Below, one piece after another: positions 10,169-20,804 of a stretch of DNA of 64,000 bases. The stretch lies in the NCBI GenBank assembly GCA_964490065.1, contig CAZBBT010000003.1, forward strand, positions 7,560-71,559, in the 5' to 3' direction. The translations under genes and the position numbers were made by a program. This stretch comes from an uncultured Mesorhizobium sp. Its GTDB lineage: Bacteria; Pseudomonadota; Alphaproteobacteria; Rhizobiales; Rhizobiaceae. The notes under the pieces are model-generated. The model had not been told where the DNA came from, did not search any database, and saw only the letters and a list, made by a program, of their open reading frames with translations. Every line of letters starts with the position of its first letter. The first letter of the stretch is position 1.

Positions 10169-11512
10169 TTAGCCGTAACGACGAAGCTGGCTGTCGAGGC
10201 GGGCGCAGGCAGTGTCCGCAAGCGACTTCACATCACCACCGTTGATGATGTCGGATGCGAGCTGGATCCATACAGTCTCGAACTCGGAGAAGCCGGGGAT
10301 CTTGGGGCGTGGGACCGCCCAATGCTCAACGGCATCTGCAAATAGTTTGAGTGGCTTGGTCTGGAACTCAGGACGACCTGCCAGCATCGACTTGCGGATC
10401 GGGAGCGACGTCCACGCCCGTGAAACGATGTCGTTACCTTCGCTCGAGCCCACGTACTTGATGAACTGCCGTGCCGCTTCCATCTTCGTGGACTGCTTGT
10501 TGAGCATCCATGCCACGGCACCACTGTGAACGAGCGGCGTCTTGATATACGGCATGGGGGTCGTGCCCAGCTCTATGTCGGGCCGGCTCTTCATTATCAG
10601 TTCGTAGTAGACCGGAAAGCCTTGCAGGAAAGCCACCTGATCGTTGTAGAACATGTCGATCTGATTGCTGATCGGCGCTATGCCGTACTTGTGATGGATA
10701 TCTTGCATGAGCTGCAACCCAGCGATCGCATCGGGATCGTTCAGATAGCCCGTTGCAGTCTTGCCGTCGTCACTGACAAGCTTCCATCCGTTCGAACCTT
10801 TGGTGGCAGCCGAGCGCGGATATATGCCGGAAGTAGAGGTGGCATAGAGTCCCGCACCCGAAAACAATGCCCAGAACTGGTCGGTGCCACGGCGGCCACG
10901 CTCTGCCTTTTGGAGCTCTTGAAAAATTTCCAGCGCTTCCGTCCACGTCCAGGCCGTGTCGAGTGTTTCCGGCGGCTTGACACCGTAGCGGTCGAGCAAT
11001 TTGCGATCGTAGTAGAGGGTTTGTCCGTTTTCGTTCGACTGCGGGCCATAAAATTCTCCGTTGATGGTGCCCGTGTCCCGCACTGAGGGGAAAAAGTCAT
11101 CCATGTCGTCCTGGAACAGGTCCGTGACCGGCTCGATCAGGCCGAGAGATTGATATGTCACGACGTTAGTACCGGTGTTGAAGAGAATGTCTTCGCCAGG
11201 ACCGGCCTGATTGACCGCGCGGATAGCGCGATCCACATCGGTTGCCGGTATGCGGCGATAGTTTAGCTTGCCGCCGCCCAGGCCAGTCCACTTTTCCTGA
11301 AGGACAGGGAGCATCTGGTCCATGAATGCGCCGCCGTCCCACATCAGGAGGTCGAGATCAACACCCTCAATGCCGGGATAAGAGGGCGCTGCGGTCGTGT
11401 TGGACGCAGCCTTGGCAGCGGCGGGAACAGACAACGCTGCTGTGGCTGCACCGGCATAGGTAATGAACTGGCGGCGCGACAAGGCACTGCCGGCAAGAAG
11501 CGGGTTCTTCAT
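10169..11512 (-). CDS. Sugar/phosphoester ABC transporter substrate-binding protein with Tat signal
   Basis: SRRQFI Tat motif; family-1 SBP features (LYYDRKLLD...WTWTE). Confidence 0.85.
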   Translation of the reverse strand: MKNPLLAGSALSRRQFITYAGAATAALSVPAAAKAASNTTAAPSYPGIEGVDLDLLMWDGGAFMDQMLPVLQEKWTGLGGGKLNYRRIPATDVDRAIRAVNQAGPGEDILFNTGTNVVTYQSLGLIEPVTDLFQDDMDDFFPSVRDTGTINGEFYGPQSNENGQTLYYDRKLLDRYGVKPPETLDTAWTWTEALEIFQELQKAERGRRGTDQFWALFSGAGLYATSTSGIYPRSAATKGSNGWKLVSDDGKTATGYLNDPDAIAGLQLMQDIHHKYGIAPISNQIDMFYNDQVAFLQGFPVYYELIMKSRPDIELGTTPMPYIKTPLVHSGAVAWMLNKQSTKMEAARQFIKYVGSSEGNDIVSRAWTSLPIRKSMLAGRPEFQTKPLKLFADAVEHWAVPRPKIPGFSEFETVWIQLASDIINGGDVKSLADTACARLDSQLRRYG

Positions 11513-11539
11513 AGCGGATCCTCAATGGGGCTGGAAATT

Positions 11540-12457
11540 TTAGTCGGCTTGGAGTGCCGGCGTTGCCTGAGCCAGAAATGCGTTAACGCCTTCGGTCAGC
11601 CACTTCTGGGAACTGACTCTTTCGCCAAACGGCGGCATTGCCGGGATCCATTTCTGGAGTCCGGATGGACGGAACGGAAGGCGAACAAAGAACGGATCTC
11701 GGCCAAACACTTCGAGCGTGAACTGGCCATCGGCGATTTCGAGAATGCCGTAGGCCACGGCGGGCTCTGGATAGGTGGTGAAGCGTTCACTGAACGACTG
11801 CACGGTGATATGCTGCAGATTGTGAACGTTCGAAACCGTGTTCCGGTGAACGTGCCCAGACAGCCAGATGGCCGCTTTTCCCGTTGCCTCCACGGCCGTT
11901 CGAACCTTCACATGGTCCGGGTAGGTCGAGAGGTTCGCATTGTTCTCAAAATAGAAATTTCCGATTTGGGAATGCCCCGAAAGGGGCACATGGGTGGCAA
12001 TTATTGCCGGACGCGGGTCGCTTTCTAAGGCTTCAACAAGCCATTCCAGTTCAGTCTCCGCCTTCGGAAACTCGCCCGATAAGGCGCGGTCGATCTTTGT
12101 ATTGACCTGCCAGAGGATAAGCCGTTGTTCGCCCAGGTCCACGACTTGATGTTCCATCGACTGATGCATGGCCTCGGCATTGTCAGCAAAGGTCAGGTTC
12201 CCCACATCATGGTTGCCCACCATGTGGTAGCGTGGCCCTTCGAAGCGGGCGAGGCATTCGTAGACCTCGCGCTCCATCTGAATGTCATGGTCGCGGGTCG
12301 TATCGGAGATCCGGTCGCCCAAGTCCAGCAGGAGGTCGGCCTTCGCGGCGTTTATAGCTTCGATCGCCCTTCCAAGCTCAGGAACTGCGTTCCAGCCTTC
12401 CTTCTTGGTGTGGGAGAGTGGGCCGTGGTGAATGTCAGTGATCAGCGCGATCTTCAT
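11540..12457 (-). CDS. Calcineurin-like metallophosphoesterase
   Basis: DIH, GD, GNHD and GHVH motifs. Confidence 0.9.
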   Translation of the reverse strand: MKIALITDIHHGPLSHTKKEGWNAVPELGRAIEAINAAKADLLLDLGDRISDTTRDHDIQMEREVYECLARFEGPRYHMVGNHDVGNLTFADNAEAMHQSMEHQVVDLGEQRLILWQVNTKIDRALSGEFPKAETELEWLVEALESDPRPAIIATHVPLSGHSQIGNFYFENNANLSTYPDHVKVRTAVEATGKAAIWLSGHVHRNTVSNVHNLQHITVQSFSERFTTYPEPAVAYGILEIADGQFTLEVFGRDPFFVRLPFRPSGLQKWIPAMPPFGERVSSQKWLTEGVNAFLAQATPALQAD

Positions 12458-12516
12458 GTCGGCCTCCTTGTCATGTTGTGCGCCTAAAGCGCTAACAGCC
12501 CGATGTGACAGGTTGA

Positions 12517-12570
12517 TGAAACTATCTCAAAATATTTATCTTTGACATTGAGACTGGCTCATTCCAAAAT
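12517..12570. promoter_or_regulatory. Divergent promoter region with two TGA(A/G)A-N3-(T/G)CTCA palindromes, candidate RpiR operators
   Basis: TGAAActaTCTCA at 12517 and TGAGActgGCTCA at 12549; TTGACA-N17-CAAAAT at 12542-12570. Confidence 0.45.
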
Positions 12571-12589
12571 GTGAGAGTTCGCACCGAGG

Positions 12590-13333
12590 ATGGATATGAG
12601 TCTAAATTTCGCTGCCTTCTCGGGGTTTTTGATTGATTTGGACGGTACCCTTGCTTCCGGTAGGCAGCTTCTGCCTGGCGCAAGAAGCTTGCTGTGCGCT
12701 GTCAAGGATCGGTTTGCTATCGTGTCGAATGACACCGAGCACACGGTGGAGCAATGGAGCCACCGCTTCCGGACTTGGCATCTGGATGTGCCCATGGACC
12801 GCATCGTGCTGGCCGGAGTGGTGGCACTTGAAGCCGCTGCGGATTCACGCCCGGGTAGCAAAATGTTGCTGCTGGGTTCGCAGGCGCTGAAGCGAAAAGC
12901 CCAGAAGATGGGCTTCGAACTGGTCGAGAAGAACCCCGACATTCTCATTGTGGCCCGTGATCGGCAATTCACCTACACTAAGCTTGCGCTTGCGGCTCGT
13001 GCGGTCCGCGATGGCGCGGAGCTTATCCTTGCTTGCCCTGACTTGAGTCATCCGGGTCCCGACGACTATCCCGTTCCGGAGGCCGGAGCTCTTGCTGCTG
13101 CGTTGATGGCTGTGACCGGCCCCGTGCCGCATCGCGTTATGGGAAAACCTCGACCTGATCTGTTTCAGCAAGCTTGCAGCCGTCTTGATCTGGAACTTGG
13201 CCAATGCGTGGTGATCGGCGACAATCCACAAACGGACGGTGCCGGTGCCGCGGCATTGGGTGTGCCATTCTGGCAGGTTATGCCGGGAAAACTCCCAGAG
13301 CTTCTGGGTAACAGTGCCCCTTCAAACGCTTAA
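12590..13333 (+). CDS. HAD-IIA family hydrolase (NagD-like)
   Basis: DLDGTL, SN, GKP and IGDNPQTDG motifs. Confidence 0.9.
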   Translation: MDMSLNFAAFSGFLIDLDGTLASGRQLLPGARSLLCAVKDRFAIVSNDTEHTVEQWSHRFRTWHLDVPMDRIVLAGVVALEAAADSRPGSKMLLLGSQALKRKAQKMGFELVEKNPDILIVARDRQFTYTKLALAARAVRDGAELILACPDLSHPGPDDYPVPEAGALAAALMAVTGPVPHRVMGKPRPDLFQQACSRLDLELGQCVVIGDNPQTDGAGAAALGVPFWQVMPGKLPELLGNSAPSNA

Positions 13334-13356
13334 TACGCGATCAAGAGAGCATTCGC

Positions 13357-14229
13357 ATGGTCGAGATTGAAGCATCCCCTGAAAGGTTAATGAATGTATT
13401 GGAGCGGATTGCCGCCATTCGCAACGACCTTGCTCCGACGGCTGGCCGCATCGCGGACTTCATCGCACAGAATGCTGCCGACGTGGTCCACATGTCAGTC
13501 ACGGAAGTCGCAGAGCGGGCTGGTGCAAGCGAAGGGAGCGTTGTCGGCTTGTGCCAGCAACTTGGCGCGCGCGGTTTCCAGCAGATCAAGATGGCACTGG
13601 CACGCGATCTGGTCGCGCCGATCCAGTTCATTCATGAGGACCTCAATCCCAACGACGGTCTTGATCAGGTGGTAAGCAAGATTTTTGGAGGTGGATTGCA
13701 GGCACTCCAGGACACACGCAATGCGCTCGATACCGTACAGCTTGGGCGCGCCGTGCAGGAGATCCGCAAGGCCAAACGGGTTGAGGTCTTCGGCATAGGT
13801 TCGGCGGCCCCAATCGCCGACGACGCGACATACCGGCTATTGCGCATCGGAATTAACGCCAGGGCAAGTGTTGATAGCCACGTCCAGGCAATCGTTGGTT
13901 CGCTTTGCGAACCGGGTGTCGCAGTGCTCACGATATCGCATTCAGGATCGACGATCGAGACGTTGACTGCCACCAAGCTGGCAAAGGAGGCTGGGGCGAC
14001 AACAATCGCCGTGACGAATTTCGGACGCTCACCTCTGCTGGCTCACGTTGACGTTGTGCTCCACACACTCGCGCGCGAAACCCAATTCCGAACCGAGGCA
14101 ATGACCAGCCGCATCGCTCAGTTGGCAATCGTTGACACCCTAATTGCAGCCTTGGCGCTCGCCGACTATGATCGTGCGGTGTCCACGATCGACAAGACCT
14201 TTGACATCTTGTCCACGAAGCGGGTCTAA
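13357..14229 (+). CDS. MurR/RpiR family transcriptional regulator
   Basis: N-terminal HTH plus SIS domain (FGIGSA, ISHSGST, SRIAQLAIVDTL). Confidence 0.92.
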   Translation: MVEIEASPERLMNVLERIAAIRNDLAPTAGRIADFIAQNAADVVHMSVTEVAERAGASEGSVVGLCQQLGARGFQQIKMALARDLVAPIQFIHEDLNPNDGLDQVVSKIFGGGLQALQDTRNALDTVQLGRAVQEIRKAKRVEVFGIGSAAPIADDATYRLLRIGINARASVDSHVQAIVGSLCEPGVAVLTISHSGSTIETLTATKLAKEAGATTIAVTNFGRSPLLAHVDVVLHTLARETQFRTEAMTSRIAQLAIVDTLIAALALADYDRAVSTIDKTFDILSTKRV

Positions 14230-14638
14230 TTCCATACGGGTCGCTTGTGGTTGAATCCTCGCGCCAAGTTTTCTTGGCACCTCCTCTAGTGCCTCTCGCT
14301 TTGAGCCTGTCAGCCAAACGGCTGCTTCCGATCAAATTTTTCCGAAACCGGACCGACGAGAACCGTGAAGAGTTTCGGGCGCCGGCGGAAGCTTTCCGAA
14401 CGGCGATATTGAGGTCGGAAGCTACCCAATCGTTGATCCGAGACCTTGAACGGCTCGTCGTGCGTGGCAAGCGGACCGGCAGGTTCTGGCGGTTACGCCG
14501 AGAAAGCTGACATTCGTCTTGTCAACAAGTTCCGGCGGGCGGCAATGCGACGAAAACACTTCGTCCGTAGTTTCTAAAATCTTCTTCCGTGCGAAATATG
14601 GCCGTCAGTCTCATTATTTACATATGTTGGGAGGGGGT

Positions 14639-15289
14639 ATGGGGGTGCCAGATCGGTTTGCGATCGAATATCCGAGACGGGCGCTTGAGCTCATCGGCAT
14701 GCTCGAGGCGCAGGCAAGGGAGAAGAGCCTGCTCGGCTCATTTGGTCTGTTGGCGGCGTCTGCAATCCTGACGATCCCGTTCGAGCGGATGCAGGCAAGT
14801 CACTTCCTGCACAACGACGCGCGTGACGCGGACTTAGTGAAAAATCTAAAGGCGCTGGGGAAGGCCGCTTTTCTGAAGGCGCCATTTTGGCGAGCCGCGC
14901 CGGGCGTCGGCGCATGGCGGCAGTCCCGTATCGTGAACAGTGTTGATGAAGTGCATGGCTGGTTGGATCAGGACGGCTGCGATCCGCGTTCGGAAGAAGC
15001 CAACACGATTCAAGCTCGCAAAGCCAGCGAGGTGTTACGTGTGCTCCGCAATGCCCTAGCGCATGGCAACATCATCTATCTCGACAAAAACGGCCAGGAG
15101 ATCGCCGGAAATCTTATGGTCTATATGGCCTTTCTCTCCCGCTACGAGGAAACAGCGGCACAACGTGAAGAAGCCGAAACTTACAGGGTGGTGATCACGA
15201 CCGAGGAAGCCTTCCTGCAGTTCGTCAAATCATGGGCCGAATGGATCGGCCGTCTCGACCTCGATCGACGGTTGGCGGCAGCGGCATGA
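14639..15289 (+). CDS. HEPN-domain protein (pEK499-p136-like), putative RNase
   Basis: R-x4-H motif RNALAHGNI; RBS GGAGGG; defence context. Confidence 0.6.
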   Translation: MGVPDRFAIEYPRRALELIGMLEAQAREKSLLGSFGLLAASAILTIPFERMQASHFLHNDARDADLVKNLKALGKAAFLKAPFWRAAPGVGAWRQSRIVNSVDEVHGWLDQDGCDPRSEEANTIQARKASEVLRVLRNALAHGNIIYLDKNGQEIAGNLMVYMAFLSRYEETAAQREEAETYRVVITTEEAFLQFVKSWAEWIGRLDLDRRLAAAA

Positions 15290-16093
15290 GCGGGCGCTTT
15301 TCCCCCTTTGTAATCAAGGCACTGACGGATGTCATTACCGGCGGCGCGGGCCAAGGGCCGGATGTCACTGCGCCGATCGGAATTTATCGAAGTGGCCCGA
15401 AGATGCGTTATCCTGCGCGTCTGCGATCCCCGCGAGTATATATCCGCTCCCGAGAAGGCCGTTGCAGTCAGACAGCACGTGAACGCTGCTCTGGAGGCGG
15501 ACGGTTTAGCCGTCGCCATTGTCAGCGGCACCGCGCATCTGGTCGAGCGCACGGGCGCTGGCCTGATCGTCGAGCCGTTCATCAGCAAGGTGACGAAGCT
15601 GGATTTTGACACAGTGCAGATCGAAATTGCGCGGGCACTGCCCAGCCTCAGCGCCGATCCGGAAGACGCGGTGACAGCGGCATGCTCGCTCATCGAGGCG
15701 GTATGCCGCTCGATCTTGATCGAGCTACGATTGCCACTGCCCCCAAAGCGGGACATCGACGGATTGCTCAAATCGGTGCAGGAGCCATTGGGCCTCTCGC
15801 CGGGCCGCACCGACCTGCCAGCGGAGATCGAGCAGGATGTGCGCCAGGTGCTCGGCGGGCTCACATCTGTTACCAAAGGTATCGGTGCACTGCGGACACA
15901 TGGCGGTGACGCCCACGGGCGTGAAAAAGGCTTCCGCCGTATTGACCCGCGCATTGCTCGCCTAGCCCTCAATTCCGCAAGTTCGATCGCGCTCTTCTTA
16001 ATCGAGACTTGGGAAAGCAAGCAGCACCGCCACCTGCCGCAACACAGCGAGGAGGCTTTAGCGATCGCCCCGTCAAACATTGCTGGTAGCTAA
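15286..16093 (+). pseudogene. Abortive infection family protein (Abi_C C-terminus), frameshifted near 15400
   Basis: MSGRFSPFVIKALTDVITGG...YRSGPK in one frame, continuing as ILRVCDPREY...AVTAACSLIEAVCRSIL...LRTHGGDAHG in another. Confidence 0.72.
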
Positions 16094-16974
16094 ATCTCGC
16101 CTGCAAGCCGCTTCTGAATGTCGATCTTTGCTTTGCCAACGACGACCAGATGCGCAGGACTACCCAGCGTCGGATAGAGCTGGAAGCGAGCAGCGATCAG
16201 CCCTTGTTCTTCGCCGCCCATGGGTTCGCCAAGCAATATATGCAATGTGTGGCCATCAGTATTCTCGACAGGCCCTTCAAAAGGATCGTCACCCACGAAC
16301 TCGGCTACATCATCGGAGCGGCATAGGATGAGGTCGAGCAAACAGGGTTCAAAGGCGTCCAGGCCATACTTAGCCGCTGCAAAGGCATGGGCCGTCTTCG
16401 CGAGCGACCTCAGGTAGTGCAGGCGGCTGACTTCCCCCGATTTATAGCCGACGTGGTTTGCGCCGGTTTCCGCCCGGACTTTGTTGCACAGCGCGTTTAT
16501 GCCGTCGCGATCTGCGAATGACCATGGCTTCCCCAGTTCCTCTCGAATCGTTAGAGGGTTGCGCAGGCGCCGCGGCATAGGCGATTGCCAGAGGTGAATG
16601 GCCAAGGGCAGTTCATTGACGGGGATCGAGCGAACGCCCAGGTCCCTTATGAATTGGCCTGTGTCATCGACCTCCATGAATTGCAGATCGACGTGAGTTA
16701 TCCGTTTTTGCTTTCTAGTGCGCGAAGGTGCATCGACCTGAGCGCGGAAGATGCCCAGCTGCTTCCTCAGCACTTCCTGCTCGTAACGCTGGATGATGTT
16801 CTGACACGTCTCACAACATGACTTTTCGAGGATCATCATATTTGCCGCCAAGGCATAAGGGATAACGTGCTCGTCCCGGAGTTCCGTTTCCTTGTCGCCG
16901 CAGTAGATGCACTGACCGGGAGACGATAGGCGGATGGTCTTGCTCTTGTAGAGTTCGTGAACGTCAAATTTCAT
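16090..16974 (-). CDS. HNH endonuclease-like protein
   Basis: CIYC...DEHVIPYAL...CETCQ zinc-finger/HNH pattern at the N-terminus. Confidence 0.7.
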   Translation of the reverse strand: MKFDVHELYKSKTIRLSSPGQCIYCGDKETELRDEHVIPYALAANMMILEKSCCETCQNIIQRYEQEVLRKQLGIFRAQVDAPSRTRKQKRITHVDLQFMEVDDTGQFIRDLGVRSIPVNELPLAIHLWQSPMPRRLRNPLTIREELGKPWSFADRDGINALCNKVRAETGANHVGYKSGEVSRLHYLRSLAKTAHAFAAAKYGLDAFEPCLLDLILCRSDDVAEFVGDDPFEGPVENTDGHTLHILLGEPMGGEEQGLIAARFQLYPTLGSPAHLVVVGKAKIDIQKRLAGEI

Positions 16975-17369
16975 TGGGTGACCGAAGCGATCAGAATCTG
17001 AAAATCTCAGCGGGCGTGGACGTAGTTTGTCACATCGGGAGAAAGATATTGCCATGGGATTCGGCGTCCATCGATCTGGCTTAAATGTTCGAGGAAGCAA
17101 GTGCAGACCGCGTTTTCCAGATTGTCAGGAAACGCAACGCATTGGATATCAGGGAAGCAAGGTCAGAGAGCTGAGAGGGCTTTGCGGCGGGAGCGTCGAA
17201 CGACGATGAAAACGCCGTCATCACGGTATCGACCCCGAAATGGACATAGGGCAGATAAGTATGCAGCGGCGGTTACCAGAGAGGGTTGCTCCCCAGCGTC
17301 GTCAGGCGAAACGCCTAAGCTCGAAGGCGGTCCTATGGCTCGTGCTGAAGGTTGCTTCGAAGCTTCATG

Positions 17370-18143
17370 CTAAGGCCGCAATCTGATCTGAAGTTCATCG
17401 AACTCGCTGGCATCGAAGCCATTGCCGACCAGCCAGACAAGGTGGGCCAGGAGATCGTCCTGTCTTGGCTGCCCAAACGCCAGCCGGTAGACCGTCAGGC
17501 TTCGTTTCAGCCATTGGAGCCGCTTCTCCTCTCGGCTCAATGGTATCAGCGGTACGCGTCGCTCCACCTTTGTCGAGCCTTCATATATCCAAAAAGGAAT
17601 GAGCTCGTCGCGGCTCTTGGCAGCTCGCCGTGCTGCGGCGAACATAGCAGCCCAGGGGTCTGCAGGTGGCTTTCGGCCTTGTCGCACTGCGTCAGCGTGT
17701 GCCTCGGCGACGTTCAGGCGAATGGCGTGGCCCTTGAAGCGGTGGACCCGCCCTTCGCGCTGCTCCAGATCGACCGGGTTGCCTGGCAAGTTCCAGTGAT
17801 AGACCCGGTGGCAATACGGGTGGAAGTCCAAACCCTCCTGGCCGATCGAGGTCGTGGCAAGGACGAATGGCCTGAAGGGCGAATTAAAGGCTTCGCGGAC
17901 CGTTGACAGCCGGACGGCACCACCTTCCTCATCCTTGAGTTCGGCCAGGCGCATTGCAAGCCGACCACGCATCTTGATTGGCTTTCTGAAGACAATGTGC
18001 CCGTTCTCGGCCCTGATGTCGTCGACCTCGATTTGAGATGGGCGAATGGACAGCGCTCTGACCATAGCCGCTGCCACGCCTTTGGCGCGCTCGGTCGGCG
18101 ACTTGGCGACCAACCCTTCGCCTTCGACGAGGTAATGGGCGTA
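17370..18143 (-). pseudogene. C-terminal fragment of a defence-associated SF2 helicase
   Basis: FNSPFRPFVLATTSIGQEGLDFH...NPVDLEQREGRVHR (motifs V/VI); no Walker A or B present. Confidence 0.75.
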
Positions 18144-18837
18144 AAGGGCGGCCGCTTCCATCTCGACTGCGAGAATGCCTTTGGCTTGCGCAGCCTAGAT
18201 CGCGGCTTCCGTCTCCCGATAGGGTGCGTCGGTCGTCCAGGTTGATCCGCGGTGGACAAGGATTTCGTCTTGCAGAGAGAGCATGCTCGATTTCGGCGAG
18301 CAACGGCGAATCCGGTGCCTCCGAAAAGTCGGAAGGTGGCAGATAGTGATAGCTCGTGCCTTCGTCGCGGAGAGCGCGGTCGATCAGAACAAAATAAGGC
18401 GTTGGACCGACATCAGCAATCCGACCGGCCGACGTCACGCTGACGAGCAGCTTGCAACCGGAGGCGAAGAGCTGTTCGGCCACGAGTACGGCGAAGGAGG
18501 CGCCGACGGCACAGCCAATGATGCCGACTTGCCCGACGCCTTCAAGTTCGAACGCCAGAAGCTCGGTGTGGTAGCAAGCCCAGCCCTCATGAACATGGCC
18601 AAGGCCTGTTCGCTTCAGATGGCGGACGATATCGCCGTCAGGGTCAAGAATGCAGACATCCGGCATCGCCAGGACAGGAAGCCTCTTTTGCCGACGCGCC
18701 TCCCGCAGAAGCGATTCCGGCCGGAACACGGAGGGAGCGCCGTGGTCCTTGCTGCGGAGGATCGGCCAGGCAGCATTTCTGCTTCGCGTGTTCTCTTCAT
18801 CCGACTCCAGTGCTTCGCCGGAGGCTTGCGCGCTCAC
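18138..18837 (-). pseudogene. Nucleoside phosphorylase (PNP/UDP family), frameshifted with internal stop and 3' truncation
   Basis: GCAVGASFAVLVAE and RDEGTSYHY; after a frameshift near a CT run: WTTDAPYRETEAAI*...VEMEAAALYA. Confidence 0.8.
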
Positions 18838-19496
18838 GCGACCACCTCAAGACCCGCCGCTTTCCATTCGGGGAAGCCGTCCTCCAGCCTGCGAACCCTG
18901 TAACCTTTGGCGCGGAGGTTCGCGACCGCCTCGAAGGACAGGACGCAATACGGCCCGCGGCAGTAGGCGACGATCTCGTGGTCCTTCGGCAGTTCCGAAA
19001 GGCGCTGCTCCAACTCGCCAAGCGGCATATTGAGCGCGCCGGGAAGATGGCCCAATGCGAATTCATCCTCGGGACGGACATCAAGGAGCGTAACCATGCC
19101 GTCGTGCAACGACGACATGAGTTCCTGGCGGGTCATCGGGGCCAAGGCATCGCGTGCATCGAAATAGTCGCTCATCATCTGACGTATTTCAGCAACGTTG
19201 CGTTCGCCTACGCAACCCAGCGCCTTCATCAGGCCTACGACCTCCGCCTCTCCGGACAGGCTGTAGAGGATATGTTTGCCCCTGCGCTCCGTCTCCACGA
19301 GGCGGGCACGCCGAAGGATCTGCAGATGGCGCGACGCATTGGCGAAGTTGAGGCCAGCCAGATTGGCGAGTTCTTCGACGCTGCGCCGCCCCTGCGCCAG
19401 ATGCTCCAGCAGTTCAAGCCTATGCTGGTGACCGATGGCCTGTGCCACCTCGGCGAGGCTCGCATAGACCGCTTGCTTGGGACCGGTGCTTGACAC
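18834..19496 (-). CDS. ArsR/SmtB regulator fused to a rhodanese domain
   Basis: ArsR HTH (ASRHLQILRRARLV) plus DVRPEDEFALGHLPGA and YCRGPYC. Confidence 0.9.
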   Translation of the reverse strand: MSSTGPKQAVYASLAEVAQAIGHQHRLELLEHLAQGRRSVEELANLAGLNFANASRHLQILRRARLVETERRGKHILYSLSGEAEVVGLMKALGCVGERNVAEIRQMMSDYFDARDALAPMTRQELMSSLHDGMVTLLDVRPEDEFALGHLPGALNMPLGELEQRLSELPKDHEIVAYCRGPYCVLSFEAVANLRAKGYRVRRLEDGFPEWKAAGLEVVA

Positions 19497-19583
19497 GGAC
19501 ACGCCTCTTGTTGCAATCATTCTGCAAATTGATTGAATGTAATTCTACTACCCCTGGACGGAGAACTCAAGGACGTGTCCGCA

Positions 19584-20777
19584 ATGCAACGTGGTGCCAT
19601 GCACCTGCATGTCCTCCTTCTTGCCAGCGCACAGGCGCTGTTTCAGACGGTGTCCGTCCTGGTCATGACAGTGGGCGCGCTGGCAGCCGCTCAAATCGCG
19701 TCGCGTCCGGAACTGGCGACCATGCCCATCGGAACCATGTTCCTCGGCACGGCTGTCGTGACGTTCCCCGCTTCCATGTGGATGACGAGGGCGGGCCGAC
19801 GGGCAGGCTTCATCGTCGGGGCGCTGCTCGGTGTCGTCGGCGGGCTGATCGCCGCTGGCGGTATCCTGCTCGGTTCTCTCGCGCTGCTGTCCCTTGGCAC
19901 CTTCCTTGTCGGTGCCTATCAAGCCTTCGCGCAGTTCTACCGTTTTGCCGCCAGCGAAGTTTCGGACGATGCCTTCAGGCCGCGGGCCATCTCCCTGGTG
20001 CTCGCTGGCGGCATCGTCGCCGCGCTTGCCGGACCGATGCTCGGCCGTCTCGGAGCCCCGCTCCTCGAACCGGAATATGTCGGCTCCTTTGTTATCCTCG
20101 CGCTGGTCTCGTTGTTCGGTGCGGGCGTCATGCTTCCATTGCGTATTCCGACTGCGAAGGCCGAAACCGACGCGACGGCAGGCAGGCGGTGGGAGGCGAT
20201 CGTTTCCCAGCCGGCCTACCTTGTCGCCCTGTTCGGCGCGGCAACAGGCTACGGCATCATGATCCTGGCGATGACGGCGACGCCGATCGCCATGGTCCAT
20301 CACCATCACGATCTCGCTGCCGCCGCGACCGTGATCCAGTTCCACGTGCTGGGCATGTTCCTGCCGTCCCTCTTCACCGGATCGCTGATTGCCCGGTTCG
20401 GCGTGATCCGGATCATGCTGGCGGGAATCCTTGTGCTCGCAGGCCATGTCCTCCTGACGCTGACCGGAACGGGGTTTGGGTCCTTCGCCGGCGCGCTGGT
20501 ACTGCTCGGCATCGGCTGGAATTTTCTCTATGTCGGTGGCACGACGCTGCTGACCACGACCTACACCGCGGCCGAGAAGGGGCGTGCGCAGGCAACGAAC
20601 GACATGACCGTCTTCATCGTGGGGCTTGCCTGCTCCTTCAGCGCGGGAGCGCTCCTTCAGGCTTTCGGCTGGCAGATGCTGAACGCGCTTCTGTTGCCGT
20701 GGCTCGCGCTTGCCGCGCTGTCGCTGCTCTGGCTCGGCTGGAAGCGGCGTCAATCCGATCCGGTGCCTGTAAGCTAA
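19584..20777 (+). CDS. MFS transporter (RfnT-like subfamily)
   Basis: Multiple TM segments; FYRFAASE, HVLGMFLPS and GWNFLYVGGT; divergent from ArsR. Confidence 0.8.
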   Translation: MQRGAMHLHVLLLASAQALFQTVSVLVMTVGALAAAQIASRPELATMPIGTMFLGTAVVTFPASMWMTRAGRRAGFIVGALLGVVGGLIAAGGILLGSLALLSLGTFLVGAYQAFAQFYRFAASEVSDDAFRPRAISLVLAGGIVAALAGPMLGRLGAPLLEPEYVGSFVILALVSLFGAGVMLPLRIPTAKAETDATAGRRWEAIVSQPAYLVALFGAATGYGIMILAMTATPIAMVHHHHDLAAAATVIQFHVLGMFLPSLFTGSLIARFGVIRIMLAGILVLAGHVLLTLTGTGFGSFAGALVLLGIGWNFLYVGGTTLLTTTYTAAEKGRAQATNDMTVFIVGLACSFSAGALLQAFGWQMLNALLLPWLALAALSLLWLGWKRRQSDPVPVS

Positions 20778-20804
20778 GGGGGGATACAGCTGGCTGACAC
20801 TTTC

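Noticed and set aside
14247-14510. 87-aa ORF before the HEPN gene
   Set aside because: No RBS or motif; possibly a 3' remnant
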